The position numbers and the translations under genes are program-made. A stretch of 59,628 bases of DNA, filler included, from Sphacelaria rigidula (lineage: Eukaryota): assembly GCA_964200075.2 (NCBI GenBank). It is 10 parts of 10 records of this genome, joined end to end, with 100 filler letters (N's around TTAATTAATTAA, not from the genome) between each part and the next. Parts side by side here need not be neighbours in the genome. Positions count along the whole stretch, not along the records: positions 1 to 5,873 come from CAXNAA020023818.1; positions 5,974 to 11,846 come from CAXNAA020023819.1; positions 11,947 to 17,819 come from CAXNAA020023820.1; 7 more parts are not named here. The stretch is one strand, 5' to 3'. This document shows, piece after piece, positions 1 through 12,442 of the stretch. The notes under the pieces were generated by a model that was not told the origin of the DNA, made no database searches, and saw only the letters and a program-made list of their open reading frames with translations. How positions within the stretch are numbered: position 1 is the first letter of the stretch; the number at the start of each line of letters is the position of its first letter.

Positions 1-562
1 GACAGGGGGATACGCAGAACTCATGCCTCTAGCTCCGTCTTTCGTCCCAAAGCGTTGCCAGATTGAGTCGCCTTGTGAACATGACCACATATATAGTAGG
101 GTACATTTATTCCCGCATTTCCCCCGAGCACCATGTCTTAGTGCTATCAACTAGGATTTTCTACAGGATGGTGACCCCAAAAAATCGGGGGATGGGAGGT
201 CGGGCCAACATAAAATGCAAGTAAATGATAAAAAAATCGGGAATCCAAACCCCGAGAACTTGGGCTTTTTTTTGCTTCGAAGGCTTTTTTGTGGGCCAGG
301 GACAGGGTACACCAACTTTGCAGTGGCGTCACTCCCGGCGACAACCCCCCCCCCCAATGGTCGTTCTGATGTGGTCGATAAATTTCGCCTCGCCCTGATT
401 GGACAGGTCGCTCGCAGACTTGTTTCTTATTGTTTTACGAACACATGGTGAATCCCTTGTTCGTGAGCTTCAGTCCCAAAAGTGTCAATCACCCCACCCA
501 CGATGCACGTTTCTCTGTATCTCTTTGTGCGCTCCCTACCCGCATGCACAACGCATAACAGG

Positions 563-3358
563 ATGATGGAGAACGAGCAATGCCATCGGCGTTCGCCGCT
601 GCCTCCAGCTTCCGATCACCCGTGCACCCCGCCACCCCCAACTCGTCGCTGCGTCCGTCACGGCGCAAGCGCCGACACGAACCCGCCGACCCGACGCTTC
701 TCTCGGACGACCAAGGAACGGCGTGCAGGGACCCGCACTGCTGCCATCCTCTTGTCTCTTGGTGTCTCCCTACTGCAACTGCGACGAGCTTCGGCGGGAT
801 CGGATATTATTCCAGCGGGAGATAATGGGACACATGCGAGCGTAGGGCGGGGTATCAGCGGCGAAGATGGCGACAAACCACCGCAGGCAGATGTCAGCAG
901 CAGCAGTGCCGGGGGGGAGGTCGGTAGCACGCGGGCACCGAAGGTGCCATTTTGTAGGGCAGGCGCGGTCGTGGGCACGATGTGGCTTCCCGTGTGGGAC
1001 TCGAGTACTCAGGGGATAACGAAGGCGAAGCGCATTGTCGTGTTCGGTGGGAAGGGGTGAGCTATGCTGCGGCTTTTTTGTGATTTTCTATCGCAGTGCG
1101 CGTATAGTAGTGCGAATCGTTGTCTTCTCACCACTGTGGCCCTCGATACGGCTAGATGATGAGTACGATCCCTCTATACTGGTGTATTGTACATGTCAAC
1201 ACATAGGTGGGTTTAGAAGTACTGGGCCAGGTTACGTTTTTGAGTGGGGAGCGGCGTACGTTCGAGGACCCGTGGACAGCTGAACGGTCCAGAAAACAAG
1301 CCGAGTGGTCATATGATGGATTGTAATTAAAATCGTGCTTTTCCGTACGAATGAACTAACTCACGACTTGTTCTCGGCGAGGCTGTATTTGACCATGTTC
1401 TAGCGACCACGAGGCTATTCCAGCACACAAGAAAGCCTGATTTTCCGCTGCCCAACACTCGCCTCTACGGCATCCCCGGGCAGTGTACATGCGCTTGAAC
1501 GTTGACCGACACAGTAGCGTTTGTCCGAGGTCGCCTAAAAATTGTCCGTGATGGATATGCTCGATTCAAGTTTGAATACCAATGTTTCGGGTCTTCGGTG
1601 AGACTGACAGTCTCAGCTGCTCCTAGCGTGCGCAGGAAGAGTTTTTGTCGGGATCGGTGCCGCAGGCATCGAATCGGGGTATGTCAACGCAAACTTTCCC
1701 CTTGCGTTGAGGTCACACTCAGGGTTACTCATAGCTTTGTTTTGAAAAACATGTTACCGATGAATGATTTGGAGGCGAAGTGGACCTTGACTGACAGGAG
1801 TTATTCAAGTACGCACAGGAGCAGCGTGAACCATGTGTAGTTGTCGAGAGCGATGGAGCACTCTCCGACGTTCCTGTGGTGGTGCACCCGTTGATTTAAC
1901 AGATGAACGATGTACTGTACAACGCTGTTGACCGTGTAGACAGACACTGCAGTATACATTGCAACAGACAATACAGTACAGCACGCTGCCCCTTGGAAAA
2001 GTCCGAAGCAGGTGATGCGATGTGTAGGGGGCAGCCCAACGCCAAGAAAAATGCTCGAGGGATACCACGACTGCCCCAGAAGTAGTAGGACTTCCCACGC
2101 GCAGCCAGAGGGTGTTGTGGTTCTTCGCTTATACTTCAGCAGTAGTCACCCCGGTGGCTCAGTTGGAAATCTCGAAACCTACTGACGGTGGGGTCGTGGG
2201 TTAGAATCTGGGTGAAGTCACACGATCCAGGATTTTTTCTCACACCATGCCCAGCAGTGGAAAGCAACGATGTCGTTCGTGGGTACACAAAATTCGACTT
2301 CATGGTCGAGGAGGGAAAGAGACCGCTGAACCCCTCTCACGATGAAAAAAAAAGGCAAGCGCAGTAGAAGGGTAGTGGAGTACTAGACCGAAAATGAAAA
2401 AAAGAAGAAACTCGTGTGTTGGCCTTTCTCCCGTGTGACCCCGGCTGATGTGCTTATATATGCCGAAAAGGTGTAGACTAGCGTCCAGAATAGGTGGGAT
2501 GACAGCACGCACAGGACACAAAGATACATACAACAGGCAATGGCGAACGTACATCGAATCATGCTGATGAACTGCCAGTGCAAAAGGCAGGGGCCTCGTA
2601 CCCCCCCATGTGGCGTAACAATGGCCCAGAGTCTCGCATGCTTATTCCTATACATCTGCTCAACCCCGCCAGTGTTCATGAAGATTGATTGCTTGATTGA
2701 TTGTGTGTTACACCAGAGCAAATTTCGCCTGAATGCCTCAGTAGTTTATATTAGAGGGTCTCGTTCGTAGTCCAGGTTGTTCGATGACGCCTTTGATCGC
2801 CAGGGTGGAATATCTGTTGCATCTGTTTTCAGTGAGTGAGGCAGTCCATGATGTATGCCCATACGGTCGTTTTGACTCGATTCTGATGTGCGAATGGCTC
2901 TGCAGTGAAAATCCAGAAACTAATATCTTGTCGAGGCAGTTGGGTGAAGAAAATTGACAAGATCAAGCGTATCGTCGCACATCAACCACCTCCCCCTGAT
3001 TCCAATCTCGGAAGATGAGTCTTCATTCAGACCGCAGGATGTTGTCAGCCAGGGGTCGTACATCCCTTAATCGTGCCTCGTATGTGTGCGAACATTTCTG
3101 TCAGCAGTTACCGGCGAAGGCTATACCGTAGAACAGAATACGGTGTAAATCACCCGAGCGTGGTCGCCTTGTGCATTGATAAACCCACGAAGTTTGCTGA
3201 GAACCACGCGTTTTCCATTTTGCCGGCACTGTATGTTTTCTGCATACCCGCGTTTATCGTTTCGTTTGGACAGATTGGATTACTTCCGCGGAGGAGTGTC
3301 GTACCTGGGAGATATGTGGGCACTGCGCATCACTAACCTGGCGCTCGAATGGGATAGA
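563..3358 (+). CDS. Kelch-repeat protein with an N-terminal hydrophobic leader; 5' part of a spliced gene (exons 563-1056 and 3274-3358)
   Basis: Exon 1 ends AAG GG|gtgagc (phase 2). Exon 2 follows tttggacag| and ends AGA|gtaagt. Joining gives IVVFGGKG-LDYFRGGVSYLGDMWALRITNLALEWDR, a Kelch blade (FGG...YLxDxW...W). The upstream segment AAILLSLGVSLLQLRRASA looks like a signal peptide or anchor. The start codon and later exons are uncertain. Confidence 0.75.
2145..2532 (+). mobile_element. tRNA-derived SINE, copy 1 (in the Kelch gene intron)
   Basis: A-box TGGCTCAGTTGG and B-box-like GGTTAGAATC; body colinear with 30651-30995; degenerate AC-rich tail. Confidence 0.75.
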
Positions 3359-4469
3359 GTAAGTGCTCGAGGGGCAGGGTTGTTTTCTGTGGGGATCTTT
3401 GATTTTCGCTAGATGGTTAAAAGCCGTGTCACTCTGTATTTTCATGCTTTTTAGGCCCATTGTTCCGTTTCTTTCCCATGTTGTTTGACAGTGGTGCTGC
3501 CTCTGAATCTTCCCCGGCCTCGCTCTCGCGATTTCCTTCACGTTCGCCCCGCGTCGATCGTACCTGACGTTCTTCCTTACGATTATGTCATTGGGTAAAG
3601 GTGCGGATGTACCCGTGTTTTCCTCTCATGTGATTGGACGCATCTAGTGAGTGTCGTTTAGTCTCGTTAAGGGGAAGCATCACGGTTTTTTCATGAACAA
3701 TAACGGTTCCGTCTCGCAAAGTAGGTACGGGCTGGGCCAGCCTAGAAACGGATTTAGCTCTCAAAGCAATATCTCATCGACACAGACGAGTTGGGCCATG
3801 ATCCTTATGTCATATGAAAAGTCTAATCAAGGGGAAGGTGCCCATCTGCTCAAAAGTCGGGGCCAAAATTTTCTCGTTGATTAAACCCCATGTCTTGTAA
3901 TTCCTATACCGTACGGAGATAGCGTCCATACTAATATCTATATGAAACCCCGAACGTTACATTCAGCGGGTGACGGCGATTTTTGGTGTGGACATTCCCC
4001 GGAGCACGCGGAGACGATTGATACCCTCACCTTCACCTAATTCGTTATCTATCTCGAGATATGGCGCACCAAAGTTTCCAAACTAAAATCAATATGTTAC
4101 GAGCAGAGGCACTAGATGAACTAAATCTGGATATCGCATCTCAGCTTTTGAGAGTAACGCTATGAAATTTCGTATGGAGAACCCATGGTGCATAATGAAG
4201 CTAAAAATGAACAGCTTTTTCTCTTTATCGTTTTTCCCCCCCGTTTCAATAGCAATATTGAGGAGAAATAAACATTGCTCTTGGGTCTTATCTCAATTTT
4301 TTAGCTCAATTTTTAAAACTGTGATTTAAAACTCAGCCTAAAGAACCACAGCGGTATGCTGATTAAAAAGAAAATGGGCCCTTGATTTGTTTTGGGAGAG
4401 GTTCGGGCGTCCTCGTAAAACAACGGTCGTTTCCACACTTGGACGTCCTAAACCAGTAGAAAATTTTTT

Positions 4470-4690
4470 CGTGACGGTCGATGAGGGAAAGGGCCCGCTG
4501 AGCCTTTCTCGCGACAAAAAAAATCAAAAGGCGAGCACCGCAGGAGGAGGGTGGAGTGCTGAAACAAAATATCAAATGAAAGTCTGCTGTGTTGACCTTC
4601 CCCCTGTGTGACCCCGGCTGATGCGCCCATATAAGCCGACGCGTGTAGACTTGTGTTTAGAATAAATAGAATGGCAGAATATCACACAGT
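4470..4690 (+). mobile_element. SINE copy 2, 5'-truncated
   Basis: Matches the 3' two-thirds of 2145-2532 (e.g. gtgtgaccccggctgatg...gtgtagact); no tRNA head. Confidence 0.65.
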
Positions 4691-5274
4691 CTACTCTTGG
4701 TGTCTGTTCCACCTTTTTGCTTGCTTCCCCTTCCCCTTCCTCCACCTAGTCTTTCTGGTCGTTTTATCTCGGGCACGTCTATTATGTGACCTCGGCTGGA
4801 CCCCTGGATGATCAGTTCATGTGCAACAATTGATCAATCAATGAATCAATGCATATTATTATTCCTATTTCCACGCCGCAGGCGATTGCTCAGATGATAA
4901 CTCGGTTAGCGCCGTGTCGTTTGCCTGGACATGCACTGCTCGCTTGAAATTTGATCGCTTGAAATTTGATCGCAGAATTGTTATTGTGCATCGAGGTCTG
5001 CGATCGGGTACCGTCGGATACATGGACAGCTGATAAACCGTTTGTTTAGACTTTTTTGAAACAGGATTGGAGTGAGCGACAAGACTGGAAATGCTCAGTG
5101 CTTCTTGCTCGCAGAGGAGCCACGACAGCGTCCGCCTGTGATTCACTCTTGTTGCTGGTTCATCGCGCGCAGTGTAAAATTGCCACGCCTGTGTCCGCAA
5201 TGAAGTCTGCCGCGTGGTGTGCTATTCCGGGCAATCTCATTTTCACTCACGTTCTTTTATTTGCAGAACCGTTG

Positions 5275-5515
5275 GTGACGCATGGCTGTGCATGTAATAT
5301 TTCAAGGGGATGTCGTGTACGATATACCTGATATTTTGGTATTTTGAAGAGCAGCCAGTCCAGTGCTGCTGTTCCCCCTCTCTAAATAAAGCCCGTACAA
5401 GCAATTGTGACGGACTCAGACAGGTGAGGTGCGATTTTTTTTCAAAATACCACAATATCGGGTATACCCTACCAGACACGCCCTTGGAATTTTTCATCTG
5501 ACCATGCAGTCACTT
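5275..5515. mobile_element. MITE-like element with long imperfect TIRs
   Basis: gtacgatatacctgatattttggtattttgaa is the near reverse complement of ttcaaaataccacaatatcgggtataccctac, and looser pairing extends outward. A related copy lies in reverse orientation at about 31270-31475. Confidence 0.6.
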
Positions 5516-5873
5516 CTCGAGTGAAATTGATGCGGATTCAACAGATGACCTAAGCTCGCGGTCAAAGGGCTAATTGAACGTGAAGGAATGAAAGGACTCA
5601 AGATAGTTCAAATTCTCCAAGACGCTCCACTATTTTTGTAACACGTTAACGTTGTATATTCCGTTGTTTTGTCATGCCTTAACTCTTTACCGCCGGGTGG
5701 GATCGTCTGTTTAATCGACATAATTTTTACTTGAAAGATGACTGGATGATCCAGATGATTCAACCCGGCGGTCAAGGACTCCCCCTCCCCCCCACCCCCC
5801 ACCCCTGAGGTCTATGGTCTTATGACTATGGCATGCATGGTCATGAGTACCCCCCCTCCCCCCCCGTCAATGG

Positions 5874-5973
5874 NNNNNNNNNNNNNNNNNNNNNNNNNNN
5901 NNNNNNNNNNNNNNNNNTTAATTAATTAANNNNNNNNNNNNNNNNNNNNNNNNNNNNNNNNNNNNNNNNNNNN
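5874..5973. other. Artificial contig linker
   Basis: 44 N + TTAATTAATTAA (stops in all six frames) + 44 N. Confidence 0.99.
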
Positions 5974-6149
5974 GGACTAGACACGCGGTTTCGGTAGGTA
6001 CTGAAAAGAGACCAGTTCTGTGCGTTCCGCGCAAGTGCGGCGAAACCGAGGGAAAAAAACGGTTCGGGGAAAGAGTGAACTGGGCTCGAGTTACACCGCG
6101 TTTTGGCCTTACCGATCTTATGTTACGGAACGGGAGGAGTATGTCGTAT

Positions 6150-6413
6150 CTTGCATTGTCACAGCTTTGATGTGAAAATGAATGATGAACAGACACTACC
6201 GGTGATGCAATGCAGCAGAGAGGTGTGCGTGTCATGGGTGTAGATGGCCTTCTGCGCTTCTTTTCCCAACCGACCGGGCGGCCCATTTGCTTCTTCGCCG
6301 ATCGACTGGGCGAATCATTCCCATCTCATTGGCTGGTGCGATTTTCCATCAGGAAGGTCCCGGACACTCTTTGCAAAAATTTCCAATATATTTTGGCCCG
6401 ATAAGCATGTCTA
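6150..6413. mobile_element. End of a hAT-like DNA transposon (same family as 44406-46209), abutting a SINE
   Basis: About 260 bp colinear with 45950-46209 and ending in the same terminus (...ccgatWagcatgtcta). Confidence 0.75.
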
Positions 6414-6568
6414 CCTACCGTTCGGCATGGCGTAAGAAAAATTCCCAGATCGCTCCGAGATTTGAATTCACGACCCAACCGTCAGNNNNNNNNNNCTGGA
6501 AATTTGCAATTTTTTGTTGCACCGTCAGGAGGTTTCGAGGTTACCAACTGAGCCACCGGGGCGTCCGG
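6414..6568 (-). mobile_element. SINE copy 3 (5' half), truncated by the DNA transposon and split by an assembly gap
   Basis: The reverse complement reads ccggacgccccggtggctcagttggtaacctcgaaacc...ctgacggttgggtcgtgaattcaaatctcggagcgatctggg, matching the head of 30651. Confidence 0.75.
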
Positions 6569-6845
6569 CTCCTAACAGTGCAACAAAAAATTGCAAATTT
6601 CCAGAGTGATTATACTTCGGCCTTCACTCACAACCACCACCATCATAGTTCTTCTCACCTGCAGCTGTACGCTCCTCCTGTAGAAAGTGCTCCTGCAGTT
6701 CCCTGTACCGGACCTTACCGCATTGTCCCTTTTGCACACGAGGCATAAACACTCGGACGCTGCGCTCTTTGTCCGCGTCTATAGATACACGCAGCTTCTA
6801 CTCCCCTGTAATTGAGCTGGTTCGTGGACGGAATATCATTCAAAC

Positions 6846-6976
6846 ATGGGCATCGTCACTGTTGAGGGTATTAGCGAAAGCGGGAGAGTCATATTCGGCC
6901 CGTCCATGAACACAAGCTGCGAGGCCTGTGGTCGTGCAAAGAGAAAGTGCGGCGGTGATGGCGTCAACCCTTGCCG
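6846..6976 (+). CDS. Exon of a Zn(II)2Cys6 (GAL4-type binuclear cluster) transcription factor
   Basis: MGIVTVEGISESGRVIFGPSMNTSCEACGRAKRKCGGDGVNPC-cg|gtgagc gives Cx2Cx6Cx7C with a basic RAKRK loop and a canonical donor. The last two Cys would lie in a downstream exon that I could not locate. Confidence 0.7.
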
Positions 6977-7304
6977 GTGAGCATCAATGTAAAGAGCAGA
7001 TCTTGTGCTTGATCGTCGGGTCCTAGGAGGGGAGGGGGGGTCGCCATATAGTTGGTGAACGGCATGAAGATATAGATATACTACCTGTGTGTTCGAACAC
7101 CATCTCTATGAACAAGCGGGTAGGTCGGGTGTAGAGTTCCATCGGGTGTGTTTCGTAAGCTGTGATTGGCGGTGCCGAAAGTAGTATGTCGCCGGGCAAC
7201 CTGCTCTCTCTGGTAATGTCAACATACTCGGGGCGATCGCTATACCTTGTAGTACTGCTCTATTGTCCTGCACTGTTCTGTACGGCATGGTGCAGTTGAT
7301 TGAA

Positions 7305-7573
7305 AAGCCATGCTCGATAGGGGTGGGATATTTTGGGCCGCTTTCTTCCACGAAATTCTACTTGCAACCGTTGTTGATAGCAACCACGGCAGTTCAAACG
7401 CGCTTGCTTCCGAATTATTACACTAGTCATACTGTTTGACATCGCTTTTGATCCGAACACAAGCGCACCGCGAGTGTGTTGGGTCGTCTGACGCACCAAT
7501 AAGCCCATTTTTTCGTGGAATCGACCCCCCCCCCCCCCCCCGCGCCCCCGCCCCCCCTATCGTAGCATGAATC
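7305..7573. mobile_element. MITE family A (Sola-like), 269 bp, 4-bp TSD TGAA
   Basis: tgaa|aagccatgctcgatagggg ... cccctatcgtagcatgaatc|tgaa; interior colinear with 13530-13772. Confidence 0.8.
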
Positions 7574-7782
7574 TGAAGCAGTGGTATAGCGGTACAACTG
7601 TTCTGCAGCGTGCTCAGCAACATGGATGGATCTCCCAATGTCAGGCCGCGTCTCGACGAAACAGGGTAGTTCATGCAAGGTCGCAGTCGAACTTTAATGG
7701 TTGAACAATTCCATCATACCCGTTGCAATGCGTGATGGGACCGCGTGCTTCGGGGACCGAATCGGGATATAAAATCCCTCTC

Positions 7783-7852
7783 GTTAGGGTCATGGTTAGG
7801 GTTAGTGTTGCGGGGTCAGGGTTACGGCTATTGTTGGGGTGAGGGTTAGGGG
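7783..7852 (+). repeat. Degenerate telomere-like (TTAGGG) tract
   Basis: gttagggtcatggttagggttagtg...gtcagggttac...gagggttaggg. Confidence 0.5.
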
Positions 7853-8445
7853 CGTGGTCCCTGCAGGGACTGGCCCGATTGATTTCGAAAAAATATCGAT
7901 CCCGAGGTGTTTTGAACTTCGATGCGGTCCGGAAAACTATCTGTGCACTTGGTTGCTCCATCGGCACCCTAGGATGATCGCAGAAACACGCTGGGCTGAT
8001 AAGTGCCGCACGACCACCGCCCCGACCGTAGTGACTTGGATCACTGTTTCAATGGGAGCCAGTACAACCAACGCAGAGTATATGGTAGTACAAGAGGAAC
8101 ATGATGTCCTCCTCTCTCTCATCTCTGATCACTTGTCGCGTGGTCGAGGCTGCTTGACTTTCCACTGCCAGCTCGGAACTAAGAAATAATATGTGGCGCT
8201 TTTTTCATTATTTCTGTGATCAGAACTCCGTGTTCGCTTAGGCGATGTTTGAACGAAACAAGGAAAATGATAATCATTTCGTGATAGTAATAGTGAAGTA
8301 ACGGTTCACAACTTCATGACCACGAGAAATCACACATCGTTCTTGTCGAGTATGCTAGGGTGGGAAACAAGTGATACAGGAATGGTGAAACAGCACGCGA
8401 ACAGACCAGCGACTTCAAGGAAGGCGGCAATCACGCGCATGGGGG

Positions 8446-9024
8446 TATGGGAATTGTCGCAGGTCAAAACACGGACTGCCTTCCGCACGCGAAGAAGGAA
8501 CAGCAGCAGTATCAGCAGCATCGTTATTGCCAGTATATGTACGCGCCTGGGGGTGAGTCTAAATCAGCCGGTGCCGATGCTGCTGCTCCTGCAGCTGCTG
8601 CCTTTCTTACTCATGAGAGGAACGGTCCGCGTTTCGATCGTGCTACAACCCCCACGCACCTTGCACGTGATAGCCAACGTGCTGGAAAGCGCTGGTCCGT
8701 GCTACCCGTCGACAGGTCTATGCTTGCTCACAAGGCTAAGTGCTGGAAGATATAGCTGCGCGCATCTCTGTGCGCGAGCTGTGCACGTCGGGTGTGTCTT
8801 GCACGCATGGCTGCTGCTGGTGATGGGAATGAAGCCAGCGTCCAATACAGGGGAAACAAGTGATATGTACTCGTACTGAAAATGCTACTACTGTCTGTAC
8901 GGGGGTAACATCACGCACACAGATCGTAGTCTACTTTAAATAATACTGTAGGAGGGAGCAATAGCGCGCCAGATCATGGGTATTGCCGCACGTCGAAACG
9001 CGGACCGCCTCCTGCACGAGAAGG

Positions 9025-9058
<34 letters not shown>

Positions 9059-9450
9059 TCTTCATTGCCGGTAAATACGTACGGCTAGGGGTGGGTATGA
9101 ATCAGCCCGTGCTGATACTGCTGCTTGCTACTGCTGCCGACTGCTGCTGCTGCTGCGGTTTTTCCTCATGCGAGAGACGGTGCGCGTTTCGATCGTGCTA
9201 CAACGCCCACACACCTTGCGCCTGATAGTCACCATGCCCGAAAGCGCTGGTCCGTACTGCCCGCTGATAAGTCAATGCTCTTTCACCAGGCTAAGTGCTA
9301 GAAGATTCAGCTGTGTGCACCTTTCTGTGCGAGTTGTACACATCGGGTGTGTCTCCCACGCGCGGCTACTGCTGGTAATGGCGTTCAAAGAATATAGCCA
9401 GCGTCCAATACAGGGGGGGAAAAGTGAAATGTACTTGTACTGAAATGCTA
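8446..9450. repeat. Diverged tandem duplication of a ~0.5-kb unit containing CAG and CTG tracts
   Basis: 8446-8890 and 8976-9450 are colinear (gaaagcgctggtccgt, aggctaagtgct, agccagcgtccaatacagggg, gtactgaaa). Confidence 0.8.
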
Positions 9451-11760
9451 CAAGAAGAGTGTACTGATGCAATATAAGGGTAACAACACGCAAACAGATC
9501 ATAATCGATTTCAAGTGGGTCACATGCTACATCGGCATCATTTTTCACTTGAAAAAAGGTATGCGTGGTCCAGATGGACTACCCTCCTCACGGTCTAGGG
9601 GTATTCATCGGACTCCAAAGATATGGTTTTGGAAGAGGGAATGAAAACAAACGGTCGTCCGTCACCCACCATTGTCGATACGACAGATGCGTGTCTCAGG
9701 ATGGGTGGGTCCGCTGAAAGACATGATTGGGGCTTCGGTGCCATGTGGCTTCAGCGAAAGTGGGCCGACGACTTTATGCTGTCTGTTGTTTCGTCTTGGC
9801 ACAGTATACTTTCCCATTCGGGAGCGTAAGTTGGACAATCTTGATCTTCGTGTGGAAACCGAAATCCGGATCTTTCATGGGGGCTGTGCCCCTAGCATTC
9901 TCCTAGCGTCCCAGAACGCGTTCTTGTTTAAATTTGCGCCTGGGGCTCCGATTTGAGGTCTGGCAACGCACCCGTCGCCTACGAAACACGTTGCACTCGC
10001 CTTGCCCGACGGTTCTCGGTACTGTATGCCTTCGTTAGGGCAAGTGTTAAAATTTGTTCTCTCCGATGCTGCGAGGTCGCGAAGATGATTCTTGCTTCTG
10101 GGGGCTCGGTCAAAGGTTCAAATTCTACAACATTCCACATATACGATGTATCAACCATGTGCACTATCAAGAATCATTCATAGGTGTCATCTGTTCTAAG
10201 GCCGTTAGACAGGGGTGACGCTTTCGCGTTTTGTGGAGACCGGAGAGGGTTGGAGGCGCGTGTTTGCGATCATAGCCCAATTTGTCTCAGAAAATACACA
10301 TCGCCACGGCGATCGATGGGACGCGACTTTTTGCATCATCTGCGCCAAGACGACAGCTACAATTGTACAGCACGATTATCTTGATTTCATCAGGATACGA
10401 GTTTTATAACGAAATGAGTGAGAAAAACATGGATTTTTTGCGATTTTCTCTATCACCGTAACGTCTTCGGTAAAACCAACCGGTGCGATTGTAGCTTGGA
10501 CAAATACACGCCGGTGAGTAGGCGAGCCACGGAAGCGTGGAATGGAAACCCTTCTCAAATCGAAAATACTTCGAGGAATTTTGCGGCGCGCATAATCAGG
10601 GGATGAACGAGATCTCCGGTCTGTTCGTGCGTTTGGTCGGTGACACTTATTGGGCTCATTTTGGGGGGTCAGGCGCGCCCATAACAGTGTTATTCTTTTT
10701 CGATAATATGGAGGCAATGTTTTTCCAGGTTAGACGCCGAGAAAATCTGCACGTCGCTTGTATTGACGCCGAAACTTCGAGGATGTGTTGATTGGTACTA
10801 CAGCAAGGTGTCGGAGCCGATCCGTGGCTGCACAAGGTGCTGCGGGCCCGATCTGCATTGAAACGGTGGATACCATTATTTTCAGATTCTTTGTTTTTTT
10901 ACCACCTCCTGTCTGATGACGAAGATAGTATGTACAATTTCGGTCAGGCCCGCAGACCGCACGGATCCTTCCGGCGTCATCGTCAATCTTCGCCCATTTA
11001 GGGATGAACGCTCGCAGAAAACCAGAAACGAAACATCATCTAGGCCCCACCATGTATAACAAGGTTTTGGTGAGATTCAGAGTTGGGTGCGGATTGAGAA
11101 TAGCTTTGGTCATTCGCTTCAACTTGGCCAATTTTTCATTCCGTGTGTTCTTTTCGTCGTCTCATCACTGCCAAGTGCTTACAGCTACACGTTGATATCC
11201 TACTAAGGGGTATCGAGGGCCTGAGTGGCAAGCTACTACAGAGAGAAAATTGTGCCTGGTGGAGGCACATTTCTGAACTGAAACGGCTTATTCACTAATT
11301 GACCACTTTTCACTCTCAATCGTACCTTCAACTCTCAATTTCAAAAAAACGTTGTTATCAGTTGTGTTTGTCCACGTCTGTTTATTTTTCGCGGAGGGCA
11401 ATATATACTTGCTCGATCGAAGCGAACAAAGCGATGACTCGCGCGTTTTTTCTCCCGTCATTCAAGCCATGTGTATTATGCACATGTATCATTTCACATG
11501 TCCACCACTTTTGCCGAGTATTCTCTGCCAGCAAGGCATTTTTCCCCACGCTTTCTTTTGCAGCGCACTGAAAAGGCATACTCGTGCGAAGTATATTTTA
11601 TACTTTCGATTTGCGTCACCCCCGGGAGGCCTATACCAACCTCCCGAAGGGGGACCTTGTATCATGTATGATATATAATATATAAGGATATCTACTGTGA
11701 ACGGCAGCTGACCGCATCCGCCAACGCTTCGGCAAGAAACGAGGGGACACACGGCTCGGT

Positions 11761-11796
<36 letters not shown>

Positions 11797-11846
11797 ACCC
11801 ACACCCCCCCCCACTACCCTCGCGCCCGCCAGGACGCGGACGGGAG

Positions 11847-11946
11847 NNNNNNNNNNNNNNNNNNNNNNNNNNNNNNNNNNNNNNNNNNNNTTAATTAATT
11901 AANNNNNNNNNNNNNNNNNNNNNNNNNNNNNNNNNNNNNNNNNNNN
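11847..11946. other. Artificial contig linker
   Basis: 44 N + TTAATTAATTAA + 44 N. Confidence 0.99.
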
Positions 11947-11952
11947 AAAGAA

Positions 11953-11987
<35 letters not shown>

Positions 11988-12442
11988 GAGGAGAGGGGGG
12001 GAGGGGAGAGAGCTACGGTTTGAACATGAGCAACACAACACGTTCGTTTTCGTTGTGGAGGCTATACTGATTGTACAACGAACGGAGAATATGCCGACAC
12101 ATTGGAGGCAAACACTGCACATCCCCCACCACGAGTGCGACTTTGATAGAATCGACACTGAGACAATCTCCATTGAACGGATGCATGACGCGACGCTGAA
12201 CGCAGTAGCCCTCCTCCCGGCTCTTTCGATTCCCCCCAAACCCACCCCCATCACTTTGATTTCCAGTCAGCACCGCTCACGGAGAAATAGGAATAACTTG
12301 GAAGCACACATTGCTCCAACCTGCGTTCCTCACCGCAAAACCGTATCCTGCGGTCCACATAGCCATGACGATTTTTAGGAGCTCCAGTGAGGACGTAGAG
12401 TTTGACAACGTACAACAATTTCACGAGTTGTAAGGGAAAACG

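Noticed and set aside
5918..5929. Regularly spaced TTAATTAATTAA as a biological or CRISPR-like repeat
   Set aside because: It is an artificial six-frame stop linker embedded in Ns.
5978..5995. tagacacgc as the left TIR partner of the end at 6413
   Set aside because: Only 8 of 9 nt match, and the left flank (ggac) does not match the right flank (cctac) or continue the SINE.
6496..6604. 36-bp inverted repeat enclosing a SINE head next to a 10-N gap
   Set aside because: accgtcag occurs on both sides of the gap and the SINE reads continuously if the left arm is dropped. This fits a fold-back read or assembly artefact, not a TIR element.
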